DNA from: Monocercomonoides exilis PA203
Lineage: Eukaryota > Protista > Preaxostyla
Length of the DNA stretch: 64,000 bases
Reading direction: 5' to 3'
NCBI GenBank assembly: GCA_001643675.2
Contig: LSRY02000040.1
Coordinates: 868,001-932,000 of the forward strand
Below, piece by piece: positions 1-13,232 of the stretch (positions are counted from its first letter, which is position 1; the number at the start of each line of letters is the position of its first letter). The notes beneath the pieces were generated by a model. The model searched no databases and was not told where the DNA came from. It was given only the letters and a program-made list of their open reading frames with translations. The position numbers and the translations under genes were made by a program.

Positions 1-391
1 CTCTGCATTCATCAAGCGAATATCTTCTTCTGCTCATTAAATCAGGAAATGTGAATTTATTAGAATATTTTTTCTGGAATTTCTGTTGGAAATTTTATAA
101 CTTATGAAATAAATGTTTTCATTACAAACGAATATTGTTGTTTGCAGTGATATTTCGCAAATGATCGCATTCAAAATGATTTTTATTAAAATTGCGAAAC
201 TTTGATTGAAAAAATAATTATAATAAATATGAAAAAATGAAGGGGACAAAAAGAATTTAGCACTGGATTTGCTAACACTTGAATAGCACCTTTCGCACTT
301 TGATGAATCAGTTTAAATTGCGTAGACTGATTTATAAAAAAGAAAAGTTTTTTTTCTTGAAAATTTGACAAAAGTTGAAAGAAAGGAATAA

Positions 392-3300
392 ATTGTTTAC
401 AATAATTGGATGAAATTTGAATAAGACTTTTTTATTTGAATAAAGAAAGTTTATTTGAATAAGAAGCTTTTATTTCAAATACAGGCAGTTTATTCGAATA
501 AACACGGTTTATTTGAGAACTGAGCCCTTTATTTGAGTTATTTATTATTGAGGGATATTCGATCAAAAAGTTAGAAAAAAATAAAGTTTCTTGATGTTTC
601 ACATATGTTTTTAAATGTGGATTGAACCTTATAATAACAATTAACATTCATTTCATGTTATATTTTGTTGAAATTCTTTGAAAATAGAAGAGTGAACGGA
701 AAAATAAAATTTATTGAATTGTGAAAAAGAGTTTAATACTATTAGCAAAGGATTTCTAAAGAAAATATTACTCATTGATAGATCAAAACATATGACGAAC
801 AACTGGTTTAAATTTGTATTCAAAAGTGCATGTGCTTCCATAAAGGACAAAAATATCTTTGACAAAAATAAAGCAGTAAACAGAAATGGCAACATTAAAA
901 ATTGAAGTGCTGAATTGAATATCACTGCTGCATTTCACAAGATGAGCATCGTCAAACACGTTTCGCTCTTCATCAATAATCACTTGTCAGCAACAAAATC
1001 GATTCAAAATGGTTTCCTTTCCCATCGAATCAGCTAAGTTAACTTTCCATTCAACAATCGTTCCGCTTGAAAACTTCAGGAAAGATAGAGAACATAATTG
1101 AAGACAAGAAGACAACACTGAGCACAACGGCCTGCTCTTCTTCTTCTCCTCCTCCTTGTTCTATTTCATCATCATTATCTTCCTCCTCCTCCTCTTCTTC
1201 TTCTTCTCCTTCGTCACTTACAATGAAATTGCTTGCCAGCAGCCCTGCTGATATCGATTTCAGTGTTAATGTTAATGAAAATGCGCCTTCTATCGATCAT
1301 CTCCTTCAGCCACTCCGCAATCTATTGGCAAACTTCTATCACGTTCTTATCAATTCAGTTCCTCTGCTCCTTCTCCAAAACAATTCTCATTCATTTCCCT
1401 TTCCTCCTTCCCTCTTCCCTCTTCCCCTCTTCTTCCATTCATCCAGTCCTCTCTCACAGCTCACATTTGCCAGTGCTGTGTGTAAAAGAATGTGGATGAA
1501 ATTGCACCGAAGAAATTAAACCGATCGACAAATGCACTCATTTCCATTCGCCTTTCTGTTTCTTCCTTTTAATGATCGAATTGTTCTCATTGTTCTTCAT
1601 TCATTCTTTCATTTCCCTTGCTGCTCTTTGAGCCTTCCTTTTCCTTTCTCCAGTGCCTCCCAATCTGTTCATTCTCCATGGCACCTCAGTTGCCAAGTCC
1701 TGTTATTTCCTTAAAGAATTCAGTTCTTCCCTTTGTAAAAAAAAGATAAATAATTAAATGAATCAATCATACAAACAAACAAACCTTTAAACAACATCAA
1801 TTTGATAGTCTCTTCATCCATTTTCCCCTTTCCATTGCAAATATCAAATGAATATTTCACGCTTTCTTCATTTCTTCATCCAAATTGCTTTGCTGTCTCC
1901 TCCTCAATAAAGAAAACAATTTGCGAATAACGCTCCTCATTCATCTCTCTGCTTCGATCTCCTTCTTCTGGCCTGTCATTAATATGAGGTTGAACGTACA
2001 ACGAAGAAATTATTTCATTTTCATCATCATCAGCATCAATTTTATGAGTGAAGCAGAGAAGAAAGATGAAGTTGTTGTTGAAGGCGGCTTTATATTACTA
2101 AAAAAGAAGCAATCAAATAAAACCAATGATGGAAGGGAAAGAATATTTATCATTGATTGAATGGCTAATGGCCGTCTCATTGTCTTTTCATATCGTTTAT
2201 TTGGTAGAGTTTCTCAACTGCCGATGAAATAGGTGATTGAGCAATGGATGTGTGAAGAAACAAGTAGAATTTCTTTGTAGAAGGGCAATAATGTGCTTGG
2301 TCGAAAATCATGTTCCGATGATCCAACAAGGCTTCTTTGGAGGGAACGGAGAATAACTCAAAAGGATCAGTGAAAAATCATCAAGACTCAATCTGCAAAA
2401 ATGCTTGCAAAAGCTTCATAGATTCAATCCATGATATAAATTATTGCATTTCGCTCATATGTGAGGACAAACAAATCGCTCTGTTCAAATCAACGGAGAA
2501 ATTGTGGCAACCAAAAAATCGTCATCGGCTCAAGTCGTCAAAGGCATCGAAGAGAAAATATCCGATATATGCGAGGCCGTGTAGCAATACTCCAAGTATT
2601 CTCATTCCACGTGGTTTGTGAGGGATTCGGTTCTGCATTGTTTTGTAAAAAAATATTAAATGTAAGACAGCATCGGTTGTTGTCCAAAAAAAAAAAAAAA
2701 GTGCTTGAAATCCATGTTGCAGTATTCATATTTGGAGATGTACAACCAGTATTTTGAACAATCGCTCACAATCTTGAGTGTTCATGAAAACATCTCGTTT
2801 CTTGTAGTTTCGCTCCTTTCAAACAAAACACAAAATGGAAAGATTCAGTGAATCTGCTCATGCGCGAGACTCTGTTGGTGGATGCCCGGTAACTGCAAGC
2901 GTTTTTTGCGGAACAACTGCAGGAACAATGAGAATGAGGTAATTCAGTGATTTCGATTCAAAACTGTTCATTGTTCGTTCCATAAAAAACATGACATTTT
3001 CGGTAATGAAGCACCTGGCAAGCCTCTCCATTCTGCTCGCGATATCACATCATTTTTCATTTGAAACTTGTTATTACGAAAAAAAGGAAAAATCAATGAT
3101 TTGGATTTTAATTTCCAACTTATGTTGTGATCAAAGTTGTCAAAAATTATAATTCAATAAAAAACCTTAAATTTTGTGATAAATAATGCTAATAAATAAA
3201 TGAATCACGAAAAATTTTAATTAATAATCTTCATAAAACAATATTTCTCCAAATTTCACGGAAAGAATGTTTGATCATATATTTTTAATAATTTATAAAC

Positions 3301-3519
3301 TGAGAATAACACATGAAAAACATCAAAAACATGTGCAATATTTCCATTATAACATCCTTTTGTTTTTAATTCGAATCTTACATGGTTGATTCGAGAAAGC
3401 AGACGTTTATTTGAATAAACTGTCTCTCATTCAATTATTAGGGGGTTTATTCGAATAAAGTCAGATCATTCGAATAAAAACTTTTTATTCGCATTTCATC
3501 CATTGTTCATCGAAACATT
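392..3519 (-). mobile_element. Decayed Mutator-like (MULE) DNA transposon with ~230-bp diverged TIRs
   Basis: 392-625 is a diverged reverse complement of ~3295-3519. Both arms carry iterated TTTATT(C/T)GAATAAA palindromes (e.g. 488-503, 3406-3421, 3446-3460). The minus-strand interior has a WRKY/FAR1-like remnant (CSAKNACSYRA...FHEH, ~2780-2920) and a SWIM-like remnant (STCTFEYKFKPVVRHMF, ~786-836), in the order expected for a MULE transposase. No intact DDE core or TSD was seen. Confidence 0.55.
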
Positions 3520-3627
3520 ATGGCTTCAATGATATTTGTTATTTATTCCTTGTTTTTTGAAAATGAGTTATTCTTTTTCACAACTCAAAATTTCTATCAA
3601 ATTTATCTAAACGTTTTTGTAAATAGT

Positions 3628-3670
3628 AGACCTGTGCGACACGACAAGCGATTTTTTGTTGCTGTCGGTC
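3628..3670. repeat. 43-bp GC-rich dispersed motif, copy 1, followed by an A-tract
   Basis: agacctgtgcgacacgacaagcgattttttgttgctgtcggtc matches 42249-42291 at 38/43 positions. Confidence 0.85.
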
Positions 3671-3724
3671 ACCAAAAAAAAAAAAAGAAAAGAAAAGAAA
3701 AAAGAAAGAAAAAAATGAAAAAAA

Positions 3725-3793
3725 AAAAAATGAAAAATGAAAAATGAAAAATGAAAAATGAAAAATGAAAAATGAAAAATGAAAAATGAAAAA
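3725..3793. repeat. (GAAAAAT)n heptamer tandem repeat
   Basis: About 9 consecutive aaaaatg units. Confidence 0.9.
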
Positions 3794-4689
3794 TAGAATT
3801 TCATTTCTTTTCAATTTGTTCCATCAAGAATCTTCGTTGAATTGATTATTGCACTCCATCTTCATCAACAAGATTCATTTTGAGCTTTGTATGCAATTGT
3901 TCAGTTTTTTCCTCTTGAAGCCACTGTTCTCCTTTGCTTATTCTCTTTCTGATTATATTTTCAATGAACAAGAGAAGACGAAGAAAGAAATGTTTGTTGA
4001 AGAAACCTGTTATCAGCTTCTTTTGTGCAAAATAAAACAGAAATAAATCTGATGACGAAGAAGAAGAAGAAGAAATGAAAATCTTATTCAAAAACTGCTT
4101 GGCTGAAACAAGTCAATCTCAATTGAATTCTATCTCTGTTTTTCTTTCTCTTTTGCTCAGAAATCTTCAATTGAAATTCATCCAATTTTTGTTTCATTGC
4201 CCTTCACTTCCATTCCATCCATCATCTGAAAGTGACTCAACCCCAATTCATCTGAGTTGTGTGTCGTCTTCTTTGTCGAAACGAATGAAGAAGAAGAAGA
4301 AGAAGAAGAAGAAGAAGAAGAAGAAGAAGAAGAAAGGAAGATCACAATTGTTGAAATGAAGACAGATGCTGTGTGAATGTTTGAATGAGTGGGGGAGAGT
4401 GTGTGAGTGATGTCGAAGTGGAAGATGAGAATGAGAAGATTGAATGAAATGAATGAAGAACACGCAATTTTTGTTGAATATTCTTCGTGTGCAACAGAAA
4501 ATGTTGATTCAATGCGAATTTTTTTCTCTTCTCTCTTCTCTTCTTTTCTTTTCATGTTTGTTTTTTCACATGCTCGTTTTCTTTCATCTTTCTTCTTCAT
4601 CTCATTTTTCTCTTCTTCTTCAAATTTTCTTCTTTTCTGAGATGAGATGAGATGAAATGAAATGAATGGAAATGTGTTGAACATTCGCT

Positions 4690-6252
4690 TCACCGACTCC
4701 AAAGATAATCTGATGAGTATTTTGACAGCCGCAAAAATTTTGACTTATCTGCCAAATCAGGAAGAATTGCATGAAAGCTCGTCATGATATCTTCGTATCC
4801 TTCTTCTTCTATCCATTCAAACATCTTTCTTTTGATCGACTTTCTTTTCGATTCTTCCTTTTCATCTTTATTCTTTTCTTTCAATCTTTCTGAAATGCTC
4901 AAATAGAAATACAAGCAATCATACATAATTTTACCTTCCAAAGTTGATTGCTTCATTTCCTCCAAAAAGAGACCAATAGCTCCGCTTTTCAACAAGTCAT
5001 CAATTTTCACATTTCTCTTTTCTGCTGCATTTCTCAAAGAAATAATGCATACATGGCTTATATCTGGGTAATCATCTCTTGATGCTTGAAATACTTGAAC
5101 AATGCTGCAGAAAAGTCCAACAAGTTCTTCGTTCCACAATTCGCACGAGGATATGAGTTTTATTATTTCAGGGAGCCATCTCCAGATAACAAGTGCTTCT
5201 TTCGCTTCTTTTCCTCTTTCTTCTTTTCTCTTCCAATCCACACACTTTGACAGATCTTCCAGCTCTCTTCTTGCTTCTCTTGCGAAATGCAGTTCATTCA
5301 TAATAACTCTTTCCAAGCTTTTGTCTCTTATTAATCGATAAATCAAAAACTGCCAAGCAGACTGATAGGCAAGTCGTGTCAGATTGTGATGTTCCTGATG
5401 ATATCTGATGATCGCTTTGATCTCATTCAAATACAGTTCTTTTTTAATTTCCTTATAAAAATACAAGAAAAACAAAATAAATAGCTTCAAAAATGAAATA
5501 GAAGTGAACATACGCAAAATTGGCTAATGTGACTAAAAGCCAGTAAAGCTATTTCCGCTTCTTTTTGAGTCTCCTCGTTTCCCTCTTTCTTCGAGGCAGC
5601 TTTCAGAAGGGGAGGAACAATTATTGAACGATATTCATCCGAAATGAAGTAGAAATTTAGCAAAGCAAAACATTCGCAAAGATCAACCAAAAGCCTTTCG
5701 TTCTTGTCTTCTATTCTCCTTTCTTCTTCAATTATCATCCCTGGCATTTTTTTACTCAACAATGAATAATCAAAAGAATATGAGAAAAACTTTTTCAGCA
5801 CTTTGCAATATCCAACATTCTTCAACAGCAAGATTGCACTTTCCAACGACAATGTCTTTTCTTCAATCATTTGGTGAATTTTATTGAATAGTTCTTCTGT
5901 GAAAACTGTTTCGATATCTCCTTCAGTCATTTCATTAATTAATCCATTCATCTCTTCGATTTTCTGCATTTGTTCATCTTCTCTGCAATGCTCAAGCTCA
6001 TGGAACAATTCTGCAAATAGAATTTAAAAAAACAAAAATTTTGTTCAGAATTGGTCAATTCAAATAAAATGGCAAACTTGAAAACTGTTCTGTTCTGTAC
6101 GTAGAAAGAATTTCATCTTCAGTAGAATCATCTTCAGAATAATCATCTTCAGAAATATCATCTTCAGAAATATCATCTTCAGAAATATCATCTTCAGAAA
6201 TATCATCTTCAGAAATATCATCTTCAGAAATATCATCTTCTGACAAACTCAT
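4690..6252 (-). CDS. Lineage-specific 3-exon helical protein family, paralogue 1 (477 aa), with N-terminal SEDDI repeats
   Basis: join(6078..6252,5514..6010,4690..5451). Introns GTTTGC..CAG and GTATGT..AAG keep the frame. Shared motifs: QKIEEMNGLINEM, ETQKEAEIALLA, YHQEHHNLTRLAYQSAWQFLI. Confidence 0.88.
6114..6243 (-). repeat. 15-bp coding minisatellite encoding (SEDDI)n
   Basis: About 8 units of atcatcttcagaaat. Confidence 0.95.
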
Positions 6253-6321
6253 TCTGATTGTTATTAAAAATATTCAAAATGATACGTAATGCCTTGTAAA
6301 TAAAAAAATGAAAGATAAATA

Positions 6322-6480
6322 CAAACATCGTTGATTATCTTGCAGTACTAAAATGATCGCTTTCAAATTGTTTTGTTATTTTTATATAAAAAGAAATGCA
6401 AGAGAAATTGCGAAGAAGCCTCAATGATTGGCCGTATAAGTCCAGAAATGGAAATTTTTTGTTTCTTTTTGATCAAACCA
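6322..6480 (-). promoter_or_regulatory. Conserved upstream block of the family (CCAAT- and TATA-like boxes, followed by a probable 5'-UTR intron)
   Basis: The ~160-bp block recurs at 18716-18875, 22963-23122 and 52220-52380, in the same position relative to each gene. Confidence 0.6.
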
Positions 6481-6599
6481 ACAGATTATTTGAAAAATGA
6501 TATTTATTAAAAAAAATCTTTAAGTTTTTGAATCACATCTTTTTCACCAATGGAATAAATAGCGAATACATGACCACAGAGAAAAGGTGAAGCAAATAA

Positions 6600-7300
6600 A
6601 CATAGTGAGTAACTGGAAGAGGTATTTTGTTTTTTTATGAAGAAGAATGAATTTGAAAACAAGAACAGATGATTTTTGAAGGTCTGACATGTTTTACGGA
6701 TTGTTGCATTTTGAGATCATCTGTCAATGGATCATTGGGTTGCGAAAGATGAAAAGAAATGAATTTCTGAAAATCATCACAAATCGTCTGAACAAAAGAA
6801 AAGAAAAGAACATGATTTTGAACATGGAGAACATGTTTGAAGAGAGGAAGAAAATCAAGGCCCCAATGCTCCAATTGCCAAATAATCTTGTGCCATGAAG
6901 AAAAACAATGAAGTCCAGTTCTAACAAAAATGATGGATATTCTTCAGTTCATTGAGAGTGTATCATCAAAAGAAATATTTTCGTTTGATTGGATACTGTT
7001 AAAAGATTTGTTCATTCAAGTCCATTTTCGTTTCAGTTGAACTGAGATTTGGAATAGAAGGAGGAAGACGGCTTTTCCATGAGATACACTCCAGCAAGGT
7101 TATTTCTCAGCATATAAAAGGGAAAATGGGATTCTGGAGAAAAGAAAAAAATTCAATCAAATTTCAGTTTCCTTGGATCGAAGAGAACAGCTTCTTTTTT
7201 AAACAATACTCAGAAAATTCTTTCGTATGCCGCAATCAACCGTTGGTGAGATTGGATGTTTTCAATTCATCTTCAACGATGTCTGTCAAACATTGAGGAA
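6600..7300 (+). pseudogene. Possible heavily decayed Merlin/ISXO2 (IS1595-like) transposase remnant
   Basis: Frameshifted fragments QWIIGLRKMKRNEFL..KRKEKNMIL, DGYSSVH / VYHQKKYF / LDTVKRFVHS resemble the WVFG..R and GY.H..VNH...DT.VHTN motifs. Weak match. Confidence 0.3.
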
Positions 7301-8260
7301 TTTGAAAAAAACAAATTCAGTTCGTAAAACATCACATCAATTCATTATCTTTGTGGATTGATTCCGATGCAAATAGGAATTTCTATTTGCATTTGATTTC
7401 ATCACGTAATTTTTTGTTTTCCTTTTCTGTGTTTTCTTTCTGCTGTCAATATTCACCCTTCCAGTTTATTTTTATGAAATAAATTGATCATCGCTGCTTC
7501 AGTGTCTGTGTCTGTTTTGTTTCTTTTCTTTTCCTTTTTTATGATTTGCTGACATTCAAAATGATCATTGAAAGTGAAAAAATAAAAACGACAAATTCAA
7601 ACAGAAATAACATTCTTTCGGTTATTCCGATATCAAAATGAATTTTCTCTTTCTTTCTTTCTTTCTTTTCCTTTTGTTTTTTTCAACAAATATTAATCGG
7701 TTATCCACATGATAAAATCCAACTTGGTTGTTGAGAAATCGTCTTTATTTTGCATGTAAATTTTAGTGAAAAAGGAAATTCAAAATACATAATAACAACA
7801 CAAAATTGAAAACAGCTCATCAAAGAAACACACAAAAAAAATTAAAAATTATTTTTGATGAATAAATGTGCTTTTTGCCAACATTTTTTCACAAAATAAA
7901 CAAATTCTTCAAAATGCACCCTTGCATTCTTCAACCACGATAAATAAGGATATCGAATGTTATATACTGAAAATTCCATTTTTATGAAAAAACAAACACC
8001 TTTTTTAGATGGAAAGCGGAAAAAGACTATAATTCTTGAGCATAAATATCGCAATTAAATAATCAGAAAAAGCTGATGCTTTTTTGTTTCTATTGTCATT
8101 TTCAGACTATTTTTCACATCATATTTTCTTTTTCACATCTTTTTTAAACTGACTCAATCTTCTTTGATTCAGCTGCCAAATTCTCAGAATCATTATCTTC
8201 TATCTTCCATTCTTCCTCCTCTTTATTTATTTATTTATTCATTCATTCATTTATTCATCT

Positions 8261-10004
8261 TCACTTTCTTTTTTCTTTTGTTTCATCCACAAAATTGCTT
8301 TTCTCCTTGTTGCAATCGCAAATTTCTGCTTTGGAACACTCAGAAAGCGACAAATTGTAATGCTCTGGCAAAACATGAGACGAAAGCGAATTATGAGAAG
8401 AGGAAGAGGAAGAAGAAGAAGAAGAAGAAGAAGAAGAAGAAGAAGAAGATAATAAAGAAGAGGAAGAAGAGGAAGAGGAAGAAGGATTTGACGAGATATA
8501 TGAAGAAATGCAAGCCGAATTAGAATCAGGATTTGAATTTGAAGAACCAGAAGCCATGATAAGAGCAGAAGAGAACACAGTTGGAGAATAAGAAGAAGAA
8601 GAAGAAGAAGACAGAAGAGACGAATTCTGAGGAGTTGTTTGTTTTTTGGTAGAAGGATGAGAAGAAGCAGAAAAAGAGGAAGAGGAAGAGGAAGAGGAAG
8701 AAGAGGAATAAGAGGAAGAAGTTGAAGAAGAGGAAGAAGAAGATAATTTCTGAACATTTATAGTTTCACGAGGAGAAGGAGAAGAAGAAGAAGAAGAAGG
8801 GTTGACAGAAAACGAGGTGGAATGAGAAGGGGTGTTGGTGAGGAAGGAGTTTGAGCTGGAGAAGGAAGAAGAAGCAGAGCATGGGTTGTTGTGACCATTG
8901 AATGAGGAGGAGGAGGAGGAGGAGGAAGAAGAAGATGAAGATGAAGATGATGATGAAACATTTGATATGCTTGAAGAAGTATTTGAAGCATTTGAAGCAT
9001 ATGTCAAAGAAGAAGAAGAAGAAGAAGAAGAAGAAGAATTAAAAGAAGAAGAAGGATTTATTAAACGATCAGATTGAATTTCATCAGAAGTTTCTGTTTG
9101 ATTTCGTTTGATGTGCAAAAAGGGGGCGAGTTGAGGAGAAGAAGAAGAAAACACAGGAAGACGAGGGTGAAGAGAAGAGGAAGAAGAAGAAGAAGAAGAA
9201 GAAGAAGAAGAAGAATGAGGAGAACAATGAGGAGAATGAGTATGAGAAGGAGAAGAAGGAGAAGAAGGAGAATGGAGAGGAATAAGAAAAGAGGAAGAGG
9301 AAGAGGAAGAGGAAGAGGAAGAAGAAGCAGATGAAGGAAAAAAAGAAAGTTTTTGATTGTCTTTTGATAAATTCATAACTTTCCTTTTGTTTTGAGCTGT
9401 TTTAATGAAATATCCAAGTTTTGCTGAAGGAAAAGGAGAAGTTTGTGTTTCTCGAGCAGAAAGAGAAGAAGGAGAATTGAAGGGAGGAAGAGGTGGAGAA
9501 AACAATAAGAGAGAAGAAGAGGAAGAGGAGGAAGAGGAGGAAGAGGAGGAAGAGGAGGAAGAGGAGGAAGAGGAGGAAGAGGAGGAAGAGGAGGAAGAGG
9601 AGGAAGAGGAGGAAGAGGAGGAAGAGGAGGAAGAGGAGGAAGAGGAGGAAGTCGAAAGAGGAGGAGGAGAAGGAGAAGGAGAAAAGGAGTTTGAAGAGAA
9701 CAAAGAAGAAGAAGAAGAAGAAGAAGAAGAAAGATGAGCAGAATGAAGACTTCTTGCTGAGTTGCGTGCTTCTTCGTTGTCTGGAACAAATGGATGAGAC
9801 AAGAAAATGGCGTCTTCTTCTTCTTCTTCTTCTTCTTCTCTTTCTTCTTCTTCTTTTTCCTCTTCTCTTCCTCTTCCTCTTCTTCTTCCTCCTCCTTCTC
9901 TTCCTTCTTCTTTTATTTCTGTTTTTTCTATTTCTTCTTTTTCTTCTTCTTCCCCTTCCTCTTTATCTTTCGCATCACTATGAATAACATCTTTCTTAAC
10001 TTTC

Positions 10005-10035
<31 letters not shown>

Positions 10036-10879
10036 CTTCCTTTTCTCTTTCTCTTTCTCTTTCTCTTTCTCTTTCTCTTTCTCTTTCTCTTTCTCTTTCT
10101 CTTTCTCCTTCTCTTTCTCCTTCTTCTTCTTCTTCTTCTTCTTCCTTTTCTTCCTCTTCCTCTTCCTCTTCACGAGTGGATAGAGAAGACATAGAAGACA
10201 ATGGAATGTTGAGTGTTGTTGAATCAGAAGGAGGAAGAAGAAGATGAAGATGTTGATGAAGATGAAAAGAAGGAGAAGAAAGAGGAGAAGAAGAGGAGAA
10301 GGAGGAAGAGGAAGAAGAGGAAGAAGAAGAAGAAGAAGAATTTGAAATGTTTTGTATAGGAATATTATTTTTTTTCATTTCTTTCTCTTTCTCTTTCTCT
10401 TTCTCTTTCTCTTTCTTTGACTCAACCCGAAGAATAGTAACTGGAGTGAATGAAACAGAACTTTCATATTCATTTGCTCCTTCAACAGCATTCTTTTCTC
10501 TTTCTTCTTTTCTTCTATCTTCTTCTTTTTCTTTTTCTTTTTCTTTTTCTTTTTCTTTTTCTTTTTCTTTTCCTCTTTCTCCTTCTTCTTCTTCTTCTCT
10601 TTCTCTTTCTCTTTCTCTTTCTCTTTCTTTCAATTCTTCTCTTTCATTTCTTCCATCTTCAATGTTTGTATCTTTTTCCATTTTATCTGAAACTTTATTG
10701 TTGAAATTAGCTTTGCTTAATCCTTCTTCTCTTGTCAATGTCGCATTTTTAACAGAAAATGATGGAGAAGAGGAAGAGGAAGAAGAAGAAAGAGAAGAAG
10801 AAGAAGAAGGAAATGTTAAAGAAGAAGATAAAGAAGAAGATAAAGAAGAAGATAAAGAAGAAGAATTTTGTGAATAAAG

Positions 10880-10915
<36 letters not shown>

Positions 10916-11054
10916 AGAAGAAGAAGATGATGACGATGAAGAGAAAGAAAGAGGAGGAGGTAAAGGAAGAGGAACAGGAAGAGGTACAGGAAGAGAAACA
11001 GGAAGAGGAACAGGAAGAGGAACAGGAAGAGGTGGAGGAAGAGGTAATTTTGGA

Positions 11055-11085
<31 letters not shown>

Positions 11086-13232
11086 AATGAGGCGGAGGAG
11101 GAGGAGGAAGGAAATATGAAGAAGAAGAAGAAGAAGAAGAAGAAGAAGAAAGAGAAGAAACTGATTGTTGAAGTGGTTGAAATGATAAGTTATCGTCTTT
11201 TTTGTGAAGTGGAATGGGCAAATTCTGAGAAAGGGTGATCTTATGAGGTGGAGGAGGAGGAAGAGAAGAAGAAGGAAGAGGAAGATGAGGGAGTAAAAAA
11301 GGAAGAGAAGAAGAAGAAGAAGAAGATGGAGGAGGTGGTGGTGGTGGAAGCAGAAGAGGAAGGAACTGAGTGGAAGAAGGCAGCAAGGAGCTTCTATTGT
11401 TATCATTCAATGTGTTGATCGTATTGCTGTTTTTGTTGAGTGGTTGTGGAGTGAAAGAGCGGAAGGAAGAAAGAGAAGACAAAGCAGGAGGCAGAGAAGA
11501 AGGCAGAAGAGACGAGGAAGTGGACGATGAAAGGGTGAATGAAGAGAGCTGTGTGGAAAGAGAAGAAGAAGAGGAAGAGGAAGCAATAGAAGGCAATCCA
11601 TTAAAGTGTCTATTTGAAGAATGAGAAGAAGCATGTCTTCTGCCATGCACAGACAATCCTACAGTTGTCTCTTTTCCTCCTCCTCCACCTCCACTTCCCC
11701 CTTTTCTTTCTTTTCTTTCTTCCTCTCCCTCATCCTCTCCCCTCTTCTCCTCCTCCTCCCTTCCCCTCATCATCATCATCCGTGCCCTCCTCCTCTCCTT
11801 CTCCTTCTCCTTCTCTGCAATCTCGTCGTCGATGAACTGCAGCGACTGCCCTGCCATCAGCGATGCAAACACTCTCTCTGCTTTGCTCTGCAGTGCTGCC
11901 CATCCTCTCCGTCCTGCTGCCATCTTCTGCTGCAGACGCATCTTCTTCTCCATCAGCTCCCCCAGCCACACTTTCCCTTGCTTTCCCCCTTCTGCCCCTC
12001 TCTTCTCGGACTCATTCTCTGCTTCTGCCTCTGCCTCTGCCTTCATCTCGTTAACTTCTGCTTCCCTTTCTTTTCTCCCTTCTTCTTTTCCTTCTCCTTC
12101 CTCATCTTCCTCCTTCTCTTTCTCTTTCTCCTTCTTCTCTCCTTCTTCTCCCCTCATTCTCGCAGCATTCCTCTGTCTATCTCCCTCTCTCCCTTCTTGA
12201 TTCCCCCTCAGCCCCAGTAGCAGCTCTCTCTTCCGCATCACCTCCACCTCCACCTCTGACACTGCACACAGCATGTTCAGCTGCGACTGGCGGTGCAGCA
12301 GCAGCAGCCACTCCACCTCCTCTCGCGTGCTGCACTGGCCGAGCAGCGCAGACGTCGGAGGATCGAGCGACGGAGTGTGCGAAGGCGAGGGCGATAGATC
12401 GAAGTGTGGACTGTCTGCAGACGAGGGAAGCTGCGCGGGTGAAAGATAGCTCGGTGCTGGGACTGACATTAGTACAGGAAGCCCGAAAAAAGCAGAGGTT
12501 CCTCTCTTAAATATTCCTGTTCCGTCAATCGCCTTAGTTGATGGCCTCTTTGAAATCTGCCTTTCTTCTTCGACTGTTTCGTTCCAAGTCAGATGAATAT
12601 CATCTGAAGATCCGTAAGACGTTTGCTGAACACGAACTGTACGATTGAACAGCGAGTTTCTTAGTGTAAACTCTTCCTCGTACTCTTCGGGCGTCAACGG
12701 AGATTTCAAAATACGCTTTTCAAATTGATGCAGTTGTTTCTCAAAAGAATGTCTCATCCTTAAACGACGTGTATGTGTTACAAAATCAATAGCCAAATCT
12801 GCTGTCCAGTGATATTTGTGCATCAGATACGCTGCAGCTACAAAAAGTGCTCGAGTATGACCCAAAAGAGAATGGATGAGTATTCCTTCACAAACAGCTT
12901 GCCCGTGATTTATAAACTGAACTAAGCAATTTATATTATAATCATCTTTATCAAAAAAATAAGAGTTATCTTGATCCAAAAGGAAATATGTAAGGTAGTG
13001 AATTCCAATTGCGGAAAAACGATTTGCTATTTGTGAACCGGCACAATTCACGACATGAGTGATTCTATTTGCTATTAAAAACTTAAAAATAACACAATAA
13101 TTACAGACAGTAAATTCGAATCATACAAACTTCTTTTGACAATGCAGCATCAACAGTACCAATGTAAATGCCATCTTTCAATCTACTGACTGGTGGGATG
13201 CGCAAAGAATTCTGACAAGCGCTATTATTCAT
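8261..13232 (-). CDS. Dual-specificity phosphatase-domain protein (~1640 aa), probable pseudophosphatase, with a long S/E-rich tail
   Basis: join(13131..13232,8261..13081), intron GTTTGT..AAG. DSP fold motifs: DGIYIG, ITHVVNCA, ILIHSLLGHTRA, AAYLM, FEKQL. HC is replaced by HS. Confidence 0.88.
9517..9650. repeat. (GAGGAAGAG)n 9-bp tandem repeat encoding poly-Ser on the minus strand
   Basis: About 14 perfect units. Confidence 0.9.

Larger units (their letters stand above)
3790..6480. repeat. Segmental direct duplication, copy A (family gene, upstream block and 0.9-kb 3' flank)
   Basis: Collinear with ~20520-23122. 4075-4290 is essentially identical to 20861-21075. Confidence 0.9.

Noticed and set aside
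3725-3793. Telomeric repeat
   Set aside because: GAAAAAT has no G-run and the array is short and internal.
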